DNA of 54,711 nt from a virus (taxonomy: Duplodnaviria > Caudoviricetes), in the IMG/VR virus record IMGVR_UViG_3300019742_000004, positions 1 to 54,711 of that record, one strand, 5' to 3'. Numbering within the stretch: the stretch's first letter is position 1; each line of letters starts with the position of its first letter. The notes under the pieces are model-generated. The model worked only from the letters and a program-made list of their open reading frames with translations, was not told the DNA's origin and searched no databases. Of this stretch, positions 27,675 to 37,825 are shown one piece after another. The position numbers and the translations under genes were made by a program.

Positions 27675-27815
27675 CTTGCATAAATCACTAATTTTAACTA
27701 AATTGCAAATCTAAATGCTACCTATACAAGAAATAATACCATACACCGAAATACTCCAAATACAGGAGTACGAGAGAGTATTGATAGGTAGATGTTATTA
27801 TAAACATGAATTGAT

Positions 27816-28085
27816 ATGAACATACATTCTATAAAAACAGAAGATCAATTATGTGACTTAGGTGATATATGGAGAAATAGAGCTTTTAAACTAAATCCTA
27901 TCTGGCAAAACGAAGATGAATCGCAAGAAAGAAGAGCTAAAGCATTTGCTATATGGTCTAGGCTCCTAAGAAGAATTCAGGCAATAGCTAAACATATTCA
28001 AAGCAGTAGATATGTTGGTTATCCAAAAAAGCAATCGCAAATTATTGAATTAAGTAAAGAAGAACAAGTAGTACCAAATACGTAG
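27816..28085 (+). CDS. hypothetical protein
   Basis: ORF. Confidence 0.55.
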   Translation: MNIHSIKTEDQLCDLGDIWRNRAFKLNPIWQNEDESQERRAKAFAIWSRLLRRIQAIAKHIQSSRYVGYPKKQSQIIELSKEEQVVPNT

Positions 28086-28199
28086 ACTAATGAAAATAAT
28101 CCTAGGCATAGTACTAATACTAGTAATAACTGCTCTCTGGACAAGAGCAGTAGAGAACAAGAGAAGAAATAAAATAAAGAAGTTTGAAGAACTAAAGAA

Positions 28200-28535
28200 A
28201 TGAGAAAAGCAAAAAGACAATTATTAAAACAACAGGTTAATGCATTGAACAGCTTATACAGTATATGTAGAACAACTGCTAAGCCATGGAACGTAAATCA
28301 TATCCCGCTTAATACATTTAAAAACATCTGTGATTTAGGTAAAATTAAGCCAAAGACAGATGAAAAATCAATTCTTGCGTTATCACAAGCGTTTAATAAT
28401 ATGATAGATAGCATATACAAAGGCGCTGAAGCAGAATGTAAAGAACATGCTACTAAACACGTCCCTTTAGTTGTTATTAAACAGATGATTGATGTAACCA
28501 TCCAAGGACTAAAAGAAGGAGCTAAACAACAATAG
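28200..28535 (+). CDS. hypothetical protein
   Basis: ORF. Confidence 0.6.
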   Translation: MRKAKRQLLKQQVNALNSLYSICRTTAKPWNVNHIPLNTFKNICDLGKIKPKTDEKSILALSQAFNNMIDSIYKGAEAECKEHATKHVPLVVIKQMIDVTIQGLKEGAKQQ

Positions 28536-28537
28536 AT

Positions 28538-29059
28538 ATGAAACATATTAAATACCTACTAAACGAACTAATAAAAAAAGACAACGAGCTTAAGAAGGTT
28601 AAAGAGCAGTTTGATAAGTTAGACTATGAACACAAGAAGAAAGACGCTGATTATAAATTAGAGCTAGAAAAGCTTAAAGATGTAATTATTGCATCTAATC
28701 AAGATAGAGTTAGAGAGATTTTTAAGAAGCACGAAGAAACACCATTTGGAGCTATAATAGCAGCAGTAGAGTGTTTTAAGATTGCCGTAGATACAGCTAA
28801 TAAGTTAAAAAAAGAACCTGCACTAATAATTTCAAGCGATATACAAGACAAGTTTATTAAATTCCTGAAGGATGAAGGAGTATATGAGGAGTTTAAAGAG
28901 AAGACTGATGCAGTTGATGATGAATTTCATTTAGATTTTGAACAACTTTTAATCATCACAGATCCGTTGCGGTATACGCATGAAGCATTCTATTGGGGAA
29001 ATGAAAGTAAATGGGCAGATTTAAATGCAAAATGGGAAGAAATATTAGAAAACAAGTAA
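28538..29059 (+). CDS. coiled-coil hypothetical protein
   Basis: ORF. Confidence 0.6.
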   Translation: MKHIKYLLNELIKKDNELKKVKEQFDKLDYEHKKKDADYKLELEKLKDVIIASNQDRVREIFKKHEETPFGAIIAAVECFKIAVDTANKLKKEPALIISSDIQDKFIKFLKDEGVYEEFKEKTDAVDDEFHLDFEQLLIITDPLRYTHEAFYWGNESKWADLNAKWEEILENK

Positions 29060-29125
29060 AAAAACTAAAGCTCCGTGAATCAATCAGTTAGTTAGGTTGT
29101 CTCACGGGGTGGATAAAAGAAAGAT

Positions 29126-29326
29126 ATGGAAGACGAAAAAGACTATAAAAGAATAGAAATAACTGACAGCAAAGAAGAAGATGTGGTTATAGAAGGAAAA
29201 ACTACTGTAACATTAAAATCTATATCCGGAAAGGTGGTAGAAGGACTAACAGAGTTAGTTATAAATAATAAAATAAGGAATCTTAGAGAAATAAGTAAAG
29301 GAGTTTATGAAGTAATAGAGATATGA
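29126..29326 (+). CDS. hypothetical protein
   Basis: ORF. Confidence 0.5.
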   Translation: MEDEKDYKRIEITDSKEEDVVIEGKTTVTLKSISGKVVEGLTELVINNKIRNLREISKGVYEVIEI

Positions 29327-29571
29327 AAAAAATAGGAAAAGAACATTACAGACTATCAACAGGAAAAGACATATTCCCTAATTGCGGTTATATTGGCTTA
29401 TGTATAGATGATGATCATGCAAAAATAAGTACAGGCTACGACAGTAGGTTAACTACAGATGATGAAGAACACGACGACTTAACTATAGAGGAAAAACTAG
29501 AATTAGCTGCGTTTATGGCTGGAGAATGGAGTAAGTACAGGCGTAAGTTAGATGAACAAAAGATTGGATAG
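29323..29571 (+). CDS. hypothetical protein
   Basis: Coupled ORF. Confidence 0.55.
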   Translation: MKKIGKEHYRLSTGKDIFPNCGYIGLCIDDDHAKISTGYDSRLTTDDEEHDDLTIEEKLELAAFMAGEWSKYRRKLDEQKIG

Positions 29572-29764
29572 TGGTCATGGAGGATAACGAACTAGTGAAG
29601 CAATATCAAATAAATGTTATAGAAGCTATAACCAATAATGACTTAAAGCAATATAACGAAAACATGATACTGCTAGAAAAAGAAGTTATAACAGGTAATC
29701 AGTTTAGAAAGATTAGACGTAAAAACAAATAAAACCATGAAAGAAAAGGATAAAGGAGGTTAAT

Positions 29765-30148
29765 ATGAAATATGAAGAAAATGATATTTTCGATAAAGCA
29801 ATAAAAGCAATAAAAGAAAACAACCTATATTTTATTGATGAAATTATAACTTATCTACCATGTGGCAAGACAACTTTTTATACTTTATTCCCTGCTGATT
29901 CGGACAAATTGAACCTTATAAAAGAAGCAATAGATGTTAACCGAGTGAGTACTAAGGTAAAGATGCGTAAAAAGTGGTACGATTCTGACAACGCTACATT
30001 ACAAGTAGCTTTAATGAAGCTTATTTCATCCGATAAAGAAGCTCATAGGCTAAATGGTACTAAGCAAGAAATAGATCACACAAGTAAAGGAGATAAAATA
30101 AACAATACTATCACAATAGGCTATAAAGATATTTCAGAAAAAGAATGA
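29765..30148 (+). CDS. terS: terminase small subunit (putative)
   Basis: HTH-like TTFY, C-terminal QEIDHTSKGDKI, overlaps terL start. Confidence 0.7.
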   Translation: MKYEENDIFDKAIKAIKENNLYFIDEIITYLPCGKTTFYTLFPADSDKLNLIKEAIDVNRVSTKVKMRKKWYDSDNATLQVALMKLISSDKEAHRLNGTKQEIDHTSKGDKINNTITIGYKDISEKE

Positions 30149-31521
30149 ATCTAGATATAGACCCAAGGCTATTTAACCCGTTGTATTGGCATATACTAGA
30201 TGCTATGAGCGATGAAGACATAAGAATGATCCTATTAATGGGTGGTTCTTCTTCTGGTAAGAGCTATTCATACTCCCAAGCTGTCAATATAGATACATTG
30301 CAAAACCCATCAAACACAATGATGATGAGAAAATACAATGTAGATATAAACGATAGTATATATGCAGATGTAAAAGGGTTCGGGTCTAAGCTAAACAAGT
30401 ACACTAATAACTATGAGTTTATCCGAGGCTTAGCCCGTATAGGTAGTTCACAAGTAAAATTTAGAGGGTTAGATGATTCTGAGCGTATAAAGGGTTTAGC
30501 GTCTTACAAAAGGGTTATACTTGACGAGCTTAATCAATTTGCTAAAGCTGATTTAGACCAGATAAAAAAGAGGTTAAGAGGTATGCCCGGACAGCAAATA
30601 CTAGCAAGCTGGAATCCTATAAGTACAGAGCATTGGGTTAAAAATGATTTAGTTGATTTAGAATACTGGGAAGACTTACCAACAGAATTAGAAGGCAATA
30701 AGCTGTCTGCTTTATATACTGGGCAAGAAAGAAAAGATATTCCTGAAGAATATCAAGAATTGTTTGACGGGAAACCAAAAACACATTCATACAAAAAGAT
30801 TAATAAAAAGGGTAATATACTGCTTATAAAATCAACTTTTAGAGACAACTTCTGGGTATGTGGTCACCCTTCAGGCAAGGAATATGGTTACTTTGATAAT
30901 CACGTATTAGATAACTTTCTACACGATAAAATACACAACCCTGTAGATTATGATATATACGCTAATGGAGAATGGGGAGTTATCACAGATAAATTAATAT
31001 TTCCTAAACTTAATTACTGCGAGAAAGTACCAGAGAATGCAAAGCGTATACCTACAGGATTAGATTTTGGTTATAACCCAGATCCTACAGCGGCAGTTGA
31101 TCTATGGATAAGGGGTAACGAGGTATACATAAAAGAAAGGTTATATAAAACTAATCTTAACTATAGAAAGAGTGATGTTGACGATAGTATACAGGAAGAA
31201 CTTGAGAAAAGCAAATTCGATAAATCACAACTAATAATCTGTGAATCAGCGGAGCCAAGAGGTAAGCGCGAATTAATGGAAGCAGGATTTAACATATGGG
31301 CTACATCAAAAAAATCTGGGTATAAAATCGAGATGATAAAAATAATGCGCTCATATAGTATATTTATAGTAGGTGACTCACCTAATGTAAAAAAAGAATG
31401 GTCAACTTATGAACGCGCTGAAGACAAACAAGGAACTATATTACCACAACCAAAAGACGGTAATGACCACACAATAGACGCAACTTTTTATGTATTCCTG
31501 ATGCGTAACAAACTATGGTAA
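30145..31521 (+). CDS. terL: terminase large subunit (PBSX-like)
   Basis: Walker A GGSSSGKS, Walker B ILDE, nuclease GLDFG and NDHTIDA. Confidence 0.95.
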   Translation: MNLDIDPRLFNPLYWHILDAMSDEDIRMILLMGGSSSGKSYSYSQAVNIDTLQNPSNTMMMRKYNVDINDSIYADVKGFGSKLNKYTNNYEFIRGLARIGSSQVKFRGLDDSERIKGLASYKRVILDELNQFAKADLDQIKKRLRGMPGQQILASWNPISTEHWVKNDLVDLEYWEDLPTELEGNKLSALYTGQERKDIPEEYQELFDGKPKTHSYKKINKKGNILLIKSTFRDNFWVCGHPSGKEYGYFDNHVLDNFLHDKIHNPVDYDIYANGEWGVITDKLIFPKLNYCEKVPENAKRIPTGLDFGYNPDPTAAVDLWIRGNEVYIKERLYKTNLNYRKSDVDDSIQEELEKSKFDKSQLIICESAEPRGKRELMEAGFNIWATSKKSGYKIEMIKIMRSYSIFIVGDSPNVKKEWSTYERAEDKQGTILPQPKDGNDHTIDATFYVFLMRNKLW

Positions 31522-31595
31522 ATACAAAAATTAGTATCACAAGCGCGGAGAATAACACAAATTTTTGTATATTTACTTGAACTAAAATTATAGAT

Positions 31596-32000
31596 ATGGA
31601 ATACACGTACAGCCAAAAAAAGGAAGTTGTAAGAAAGCTATTAAATAACTCTCAAGAAGATAAAGAGTTCTTACAGGGTTTTAACGATAATAATATAGAC
31701 GGCACTTACAATCCTTCTAAACCTATATGGTTAATGAGTGACATTGAAAAAGCGATACAGTGCTCAGCTTATTGGGGGTACATGATAGGTAAAGGAACTT
31801 TTAAAAAAGAAGATTACATGCCTTCTACAGATGAATCTATACATAATTCAAGGAATGGCAGTTTATTTGTTTGGTTTTTGATAGCACTATTTGCGTTTAT
31901 AATAATAGCAGGTGCATCATCGTTTATGAGTAACGATAATAAAACACCTAACCAAATAAAGCAACAGGAGTACGAAACAATAGGTTACCCTAGGTATTAA
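31596..32000 (+). CDS. membrane-anchored hypothetical protein
   Basis: C-proximal TM helix. Confidence 0.55.
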   Translation: MEYTYSQKKEVVRKLLNNSQEDKEFLQGFNDNNIDGTYNPSKPIWLMSDIEKAIQCSAYWGYMIGKGTFKKEDYMPSTDESIHNSRNGSLFVWFLIALFAFIIIAGASSFMSNDNKTPNQIKQQEYETIGYPRY

Positions 32001-32018
32001 TTAAACATTAGTACCTAG

Positions 32019-32174
32019 ATGAACAATCTAATAAACTGGTCAGAAGTAAGTCGGATGTTATCAGGAAGCGCACAGAACATCAGGCCTAATAAAATTCCTA
32101 AGAAGTACGGTTACAAGATTAAGATATTGCAAGCGTTAATTGAGACTTGGGTTAAACTTATAAAAGAAAACTGA
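32019..32174 (+). CDS. small DNA-binding-like protein (51 aa), paralog of 23592-23747
   Basis: MNNLINWSEVSRMLSGSAQNIRPNKIPKKY. Confidence 0.7.
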   Translation: MNNLINWSEVSRMLSGSAQNIRPNKIPKKYGYKIKILQALIETWVKLIKEN

Positions 32175-32175
32175 T

Positions 32176-32538
32176 ATGAGTAATAAATGGGATTATAAGC
32201 CTAAAAGAATTAATATAAAGCCTATAGTATTTGGTAATATAGAGGTAAGTAAGTTATTGCATGATTTAATAATTCTGGGAAAAGAAAGAAGAGATTGTGA
32301 AATATCACATGTAATCGGAAAAGCCAACAAAGATATAGAATCTATGTTTTTGGTTGCTGTAAACGGGCAGTTTGTTTGGGTAGATGATAATACAGATATA
32401 CCTAACGTATCGCCTGACACCGAAGAAGAAGACAAGAAACGACAAAATAAATTCTTTGCTTCGAAAAAGGAAGAACGAAATAATCATAAACATAAGCAGT
32501 CGTGTGCTAAAGCTAAACGTAAACGTAAAAAGAAGTAG
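32176..32538 (+). CDS. hypothetical protein with basic tail
   Basis: ORF. Confidence 0.55.
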   Translation: MSNKWDYKPKRINIKPIVFGNIEVSKLLHDLIILGKERRDCEISHVIGKANKDIESMFLVAVNGQFVWVDDNTDIPNVSPDTEEEDKKRQNKFFASKKEERNNHKHKQSCAKAKRKRKKK

Positions 32539-32707
32539 GCATGAAAAAGACACAAAGCGCTTTCGATTGGTGGGATAATTTACCTGATAGTAGTATGGAA
32601 GTAGAAAATAAAAAGGGCTTAGCTTATTTATTAGATACGACACCTGAAAATATTACAATTGGACAAATAAAATTACTACATAAAATAAGAGATAAAAAGA
32701 AGTAGAT

Positions 32708-33109
32708 ATGAAAGAAACTAAACAAGATTTAAAAGACAACCTAGACGACTATCCAGAGAAGAGGATAATAGAAGGAAAACAACCAGAATCACTAAAGCAA
32801 TTCAAAATTTACAAAACCAAATTCGGTTGGGTAGTATCTGAAGCTAGGAAGATAGTTAAAAAACGTTGGTTTAGGGATGATGTAGTAAGCTGGGAATATG
32901 AAGTTATTAGCGCTGCTGGTAAATTTATAATACCTATAATATACAGGCAAAGAACGCTTAATCCTTTTTATAATTCACGGCATACACCTTTCAGAACTAA
33001 AGAAAAAGCTGAGGAATGGTTAAGGGATATAGTTAAGCAACGAAGAGAAAAGGCAGTAACTTCGGAAGAACCAGAAATATATTTTAATGAAAAAGATTTA
33101 ATAAAGTAA
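32708..33109 (+). CDS. hypothetical protein
   Basis: ORF. Confidence 0.55.
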   Translation: MKETKQDLKDNLDDYPEKRIIEGKQPESLKQFKIYKTKFGWVVSEARKIVKKRWFRDDVVSWEYEVISAAGKFIIPIIYRQRTLNPFYNSRHTPFRTKEKAEEWLRDIVKQRREKAVTSEEPEIYFNEKDLIK

Positions 33110-33119
33110 ACATTAATTA

Positions 33120-33147
33120 AAGCTTCTCAATAACGAGGAGCTTTTTT
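33120..33147 (+). terminator. intrinsic terminator
   Basis: aagcttctc...gaggagctt followed by Ts. Confidence 0.6.
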
Positions 33148-33231
33148 ATTACAAATAATTTAATTAAGAAACAATATAAATAACGAATTAATTGCTTAAC
33201 TTTGTATAGTTAATTAAAAATCTATGCAGAA

Positions 33232-33699
33232 ATGAAAGCAAGAGTATTATTAATACCAGACCTAGATTTTACAGGTACATTTCCAACAGCACAAGCCTCT
33301 ACTACTAAAGGTAAGTGGGTAAAATTAAACGCAACTACTTACGAGATAATTGATGATTTCAGTTATTTTAATGTATTTTCTGTTCAGGCAATTTCCGATC
33401 CTAGCGATCAAATGGATCAGTCGGCAACGGTGAATTTTAAAGCTAGTAACTTTACACCTTTCTCTAATCCAGACAACAGCTATTCTGGCACTGACAGAGA
33501 AGTAGATAGAACACAGGCGTATGATTATTTCGCAGATTATGTTAATACATTAGGAGATAATGTAACCTTAACAGTTTCAGCAGTGCCTAGCGCGACAATG
33601 TACGGGCAAGGCGAAGTATTCCCGTTTAAAATGATAAAAGTTCAAGTAACAAGCACAGCTACAACAGGTAAATTACAATTCGAATTTGCACAGAAATAA
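33232..33699 (+). CDS. putative virion structural protein
   Basis: Beta-rich, low-Lys composition; follows a TAACTTTG box. Confidence 0.5.
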   Translation: MKARVLLIPDLDFTGTFPTAQASTTKGKWVKLNATTYEIIDDFSYFNVFSVQAISDPSDQMDQSATVNFKASNFTPFSNPDNSYSGTDREVDRTQAYDYFADYVNTLGDNVTLTVSAVPSATMYGQGEVFPFKMIKVQVTSTATTGKLQFEFAQK

Positions 33700-33701
33700 T
33701 T

Positions 33702-35603
33702 ATGGCAACTAAAGATAAATACAGAAAGTTATCTGGTACTGCCTTATTTGCTAATCCTTGGAATAGATTCGAATGTGTAGAGCAAGCGGTTGTATTCGAT
33801 TTACCCGAAGAGTTCCCTGACGGTCATTGGGGTTGGTGGAGTAAGAAAGGGGAGCGGAAAGAAATTCCTTTTGAATCTGTAGCTATATTAGGTAACGGAA
33901 CTGTACAGGTAGACTTCACGCTTGCCAGAGTTGGGGAAGGTTTTAGTTATTTTGATGGTACAACTACGCAAAACGATACAGTACCAGCAGGAGGTGTTTG
34001 GACGGTACCTAATACTGTTAAAGTAAACACATTTACTACCTTAGATGGCAATATTTGGAACTTAGAAAATACAGATCAGCCGCGCATTTGGTGCGTAAAC
34101 GCCTTAGCCGCTCCTTTAGATATAGTAAACGTATCTATTGTAACGGATATAGTAACTGATAATAGATTCATAAGTTATGCTAATGAATACGGTTACAAGT
34201 TATCAGGTAGTGAAATTATACCGCCTTATATTGTAGATGGCAAAGCAGTAAGTGCAGCAGATGGAGGTGAATTAACTAACAAAGGTGCTGTTAGATATCC
34301 TGTAAAAGCAGCTAGTAACGCTTGTATAATAGGTGACACTGTGGCTAAACTACAGTTTAAGGCTTCTCAAGATGGAGAGACTTTAACTTACAGAAACGCG
34401 GAAACAAAAGTAGAAACATCTGTAACTTATAATCATGCAACCAATTGGCTAATACCTTCTGTTTATATAGATTTAATTAAATTTTCTGGAGGGTCAGAGT
34501 ACCATTGCGCAGAAGTTGAGGGAGATACGATATCGGATATTGTAAATAATAATGATGGCTTATTCGTAACTGCTACTTTAGCTGTAAATAGGACAGATAA
34601 CGACAAAGCGGAGCCTCATAATACAAATAATGGATTTAGTCAGAAGTTAGTTTGCGAAACTGTGGGAACTACTTCTATACCATTTGCAGCAGATTTGAGT
34701 ACTCAGGAATATACGTGGGAAGTTGATTTTAAATTTCCTACTTATGCCTCGTCTAGTCAGCGCATAATTTATCTGAATCCTAGGACAATAACGGGTGGTG
34801 GTGGGTCTATTCCTCCAACGGATTTTTATGGTTTGGGTTCCCATACGTCAAATGTATTACGATTTTTTAAATGGAATGGAACTGTATTCACAGTATTATG
34901 GAGTACTGATATAAATTATTTAACGGATGGAGAAAAATATAGAATAAAAGTTGTGAGAACTGCATTAGGTGAGTTCACAACCTATATTAAAGGAGGTATT
35001 TACACAAATTATACCTTGGTTGTGCCAAGTTCAGGTACAAACCCCGTAGTAGATACAACTTATACTTCAAGTAATTTCGTGTCCTTTGATTTAGATACTG
35101 GAGACGAAGTAAAGAACCTTTCGATAAACTCTAACCATCAAAACCTAATGGCAACTACAGACGGAACAGGCACTTACTCTAAAGTAAGGATTTCAGCTAA
35201 AACCTCAGTGTTAGATGTAGAAGGGGATGAATTAAGCAATCCTGCTGGAAAATGGCATAATAGAAGCGAAAGCACACTACTATGGCACCCATGCTATAAT
35301 ACAACTGAAATAGACGCTACTCTAAGCGTACCATTCTTAACTAGCGACGGAGTAACACCTGTAGAAAAATCTTATGCAGATTTCGAAGCTGAGGGAGGTA
35401 ATGTATATAATGAGAATCAAATATTTTACAACCTAGATTATTTAAGGGAGATAGTTAGTTTTGAGAAGGATGCAAAAGATAATTCATTTAATTGTTTTGT
35501 AAGAGCATTGTTAAAAATAAGGGCAATTGAACCTTTATTAGATGAGTTTGGAGAGGTATATGTAGATGAATTTGGAGAAAAATATTATGTAATTTTATAT
35601 TAA
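33702..35603 (+). CDS. putative virion fibre/receptor-binding protein with lectin-like domain
   Basis: 633 aa, T/G/V-rich; central ConA/LamG-like pattern (YTWEVDFK...YRIKVVR). Confidence 0.5.
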   Translation: MATKDKYRKLSGTALFANPWNRFECVEQAVVFDLPEEFPDGHWGWWSKKGERKEIPFESVAILGNGTVQVDFTLARVGEGFSYFDGTTTQNDTVPAGGVWTVPNTVKVNTFTTLDGNIWNLENTDQPRIWCVNALAAPLDIVNVSIVTDIVTDNRFISYANEYGYKLSGSEIIPPYIVDGKAVSAADGGELTNKGAVRYPVKAASNACIIGDTVAKLQFKASQDGETLTYRNAETKVETSVTYNHATNWLIPSVYIDLIKFSGGSEYHCAEVEGDTISDIVNNNDGLFVTATLAVNRTDNDKAEPHNTNNGFSQKLVCETVGTTSIPFAADLSTQEYTWEVDFKFPTYASSSQRIIYLNPRTITGGGGSIPPTDFYGLGSHTSNVLRFFKWNGTVFTVLWSTDINYLTDGEKYRIKVVRTALGEFTTYIKGGIYTNYTLVVPSSGTNPVVDTTYTSSNFVSFDLDTGDEVKNLSINSNHQNLMATTDGTGTYSKVRISAKTSVLDVEGDELSNPAGKWHNRSESTLLWHPCYNTTEIDATLSVPFLTSDGVTPVEKSYADFEAEGGNVYNENQIFYNLDYLREIVSFEKDAKDNSFNCFVRALLKIRAIEPLLDEFGEVYVDEFGEKYYVILY

Positions 35604-35607
35604 AGCT

Positions 35608-36096
35608 ATGCCTATACTTACACAAGATGAATATATAAATACTAAGACAAAAGTTAGATTCGGAGGATATTTAGCTACTGTATTTGGACCATATTCAATG
35701 ACCGCAGGAAGTCCAGTTAAAATAGCTAATCTCTTGAATATTCAGCCTGATGATGCAGATCATGTGGAAGGAATTACAGTATCAAATGGACGTCTCACAA
35801 ATGCTTCAGGCTATAAAATAGAGCTATCTGTTAATGTATCTATGTCGGCGAGTTCTTCAAATCCTAATTTAGTTCTTAAATTTACAGGATGTGTAAATAC
35901 TACAGCTATAACAGCAAGTACTAGTATAAGAACTATTGGTACAGGTGGAGATATAGGAGCAGTTCCTTTAATCCATCCCTTTATTTTAAACGATGGAGAT
36001 TATCTAGATCTTCAGGTTGAAGCAGATGCAAACACAAGCCTGACTATTGAATCTATGTCATTTGATGCATTCGCTAAGAAAATATTTTTACCTTAA
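35608..36096 (+). CDS. beta-sandwich (C1q/BclA-CTD-like) virion protein
   Basis: LNDGDYLDLQV pattern; paralog of the next gene (both start MPILTQ). Confidence 0.5.
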   Translation: MPILTQDEYINTKTKVRFGGYLATVFGPYSMTAGSPVKIANLLNIQPDDADHVEGITVSNGRLTNASGYKIELSVNVSMSASSSNPNLVLKFTGCVNTTAITASTSIRTIGTGGDIGAVPLIHPFILNDGDYLDLQVEADANTSLTIESMSFDAFAKKIFLP

Positions 36097-36106
36097 AAAT
36101 TAAGAT

Positions 36107-36568
36107 ATGCCTATATTAACTCAAGAGGAATATAGTTTAATAATAAATAAGTCATATACAGCGCTATATGTAACTACACCTGAACAAGTTACTATAACGG
36201 CGGGTACTCCGGAAAGCCCCTCGTTAAACATATCAGAAATATCAGGCAATTTATTTGATTACATAGGAGGTAGTTTAAAATATATAGGTGAATATCCTAT
36301 AACTGTTAAGATAGATGGATCTGTGAGCATGACAGGAAGTTCAAGCGGTATAATAGTTAAGCTATATTATGGTAAAAATGGATCTATTGACGCTAGAACA
36401 GAAATGAATAAAAAGATATTAACAGGCTCGGATGTGATTGTAGTCCCTGTTAATGGACAGTTCGATCTAGTAACCAATGATACTTTAGATTTTTTAATGG
36501 ATACAAGTACTAACGCCACCATTACGATAGAAAAAGCGTTCTGGAATATAACTACAGTAAATATATAG
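36107..36568 (+). CDS. beta-sandwich (C1q/BclA-CTD-like) virion protein
   Basis: LVTNDTLDFLM pattern; paralog of the previous gene. Confidence 0.5.
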   Translation: MPILTQEEYSLIINKSYTALYVTTPEQVTITAGTPESPSLNISEISGNLFDYIGGSLKYIGEYPITVKIDGSVSMTGSSSGIIVKLYYGKNGSIDARTEMNKKILTGSDVIVVPVNGQFDLVTNDTLDFLMDTSTNATITIEKAFWNITTVNI

Positions 36569-36574
36569 CATATT

Positions 36575-37048
36575 ATGCCAATAATTAAACCAACACCCCC
36601 ACAAAAAGAGCTTGAATGCGTTCAGAATGTGTGCAAGAAAGAAGTAGCTGACGAAGTAAAAGTATGCTATACCAGCATAGGCGAAATAGTCCTGAGAGAT
36701 TTGATAACAAATGATGTAGAAACAACTCAAATGTATATAGGTATAGAGTTGCCAGCTTCGCAAATAAACGATGCTGTACCTGTAGGATTGCCAAGTTCGA
36801 CTATTATAGTCGAAGAAGTAGAGAGGCAAAAAACTTGGGCAGAGTATTGCACTATGGGCAGGAAAATATTATCTACTGATGAATCTACTTATTTACTATT
36901 CTTAGGTGTATTCGATCAACACGGAAATACACAGGAAGTTACTTGGGAACAAGTAAAATCATACTATTCCGAGTTTGTTGATCTGTTAGCCCCGAAGGAA
37001 TTTGAAGAGCTAAGGACTAGTTCTAAATATAAAAAGGAACCTGTTTAG
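36575..37048 (+). CDS. hypothetical protein
   Basis: Last ORF of the operon. Confidence 0.6.
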   Translation: MPIIKPTPPQKELECVQNVCKKEVADEVKVCYTSIGEIVLRDLITNDVETTQMYIGIELPASQINDAVPVGLPSSTIIVEEVERQKTWAEYCTMGRKILSTDESTYLLFLGVFDQHGNTQEVTWEQVKSYYSEFVDLLAPKEFEELRTSSKYKKEPV

Positions 37049-37063
37049 TAGGTTCCTTTTTTT
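37031..37063. terminator. bidirectional terminator
   Basis: aaaaaggaacct...aggttccttttttt between convergent genes. Confidence 0.75.
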
Positions 37064-37085
37064 TATAATATTTAGTTATTTCTAA

Positions 37086-37328
37086 TTAAAGATTATTTAC
37101 TATTTTAAACAAATCATCTATTTCTATTGGTTCTTTAAGTTCTTTACATGTATCATCCAATTTTTTAAAGCATTCACATAGCCTTTTGTACAAAATATTA
37201 CGTGTCTCATTTTGCATATCAAACAACAAATCGTTAACAGCGTGATCACCTTTTATTAGTCTATATTCTTTTTCTTTTTCAGTATACTTTGCTACTAAAT
37301 CAACTAAGTCGTCAGTGTCTAATTCCAT
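37086..37328 (-). CDS. hypothetical protein
   Basis: Minus-strand ORF with no competing + ORF; GATATG start. Confidence 0.65.
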   Translation of the reverse strand: MELDTDDLVDLVAKYTEKEKEYRLIKGDHAVNDLLFDMQNETRNILYKRLCECFKKLDDTCKELKEPIEIDDLFKIVNNL

Positions 37329-37351
37329 ATCATTTAAGTTATTAATAAAGA

Positions 37352-37612
37352 CTACACTCGTTTAAATTCATAGTTTATATCTTTATTTACGTGCTGCGTA
37401 AAAATTACATCATATTTAGGTACAGCATCGCCTTCTTTCAGCTCGTCAAACATTTCAGAAACACCATATATATACCAAGTGTCATTTTCCCAATACCTAA
37501 ACTCTATGTGAGTCGGGCGAAAATCTTTCATAAATACATATAATCTTGCCCAATCATTTACATATAATTGATTGCTAATTTTTACTAATCCTTTATTCAT
37601 TTTTTTATCCAT
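37352..37612 (-). CDS. hypothetical protein
   Basis: Minus-strand ORF behind the duplicated leader. Confidence 0.7.
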   Translation of the reverse strand: MDKKMNKGLVKISNQLYVNDWARLYVFMKDFRPTHIEFRYWENDTWYIYGVSEMFDELKEGDAVPKYDVIFTQHVNKDINYEFKRV

Positions 37613-37720
37613 GCAAAGTCTTTTCTTGTGTTTGTCGCTAATTATTTCTATATTTTAAAGTTTGTATCTCGCATTATCTTTGGTAAGTTATTCATCAAGC
37701 AACGGCAACTTACCTAAACA

Positions 37721-37825
37721 GTTATGGCTTCATTTCTCCCCCTGCGTCGTCGCTTTTTATCCATACCTATTATTTTTTTGTTTACACAAATATAAGTATA
37801 AAAGTGTTTAGAATGAATATAAATA
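37721..37825 (-). repeat. 105-bp promoter/leader unit, copy 2
   Basis: Reverse complement of 1539-1643 with 3 mismatches. Confidence 0.9.

Noticed and set aside
13037-32578. Alternative-frame + ORFs 13037-13234, 25576-25773, 32384-32578
   Set aside because: Largely nested in better-supported genes and without motifs.
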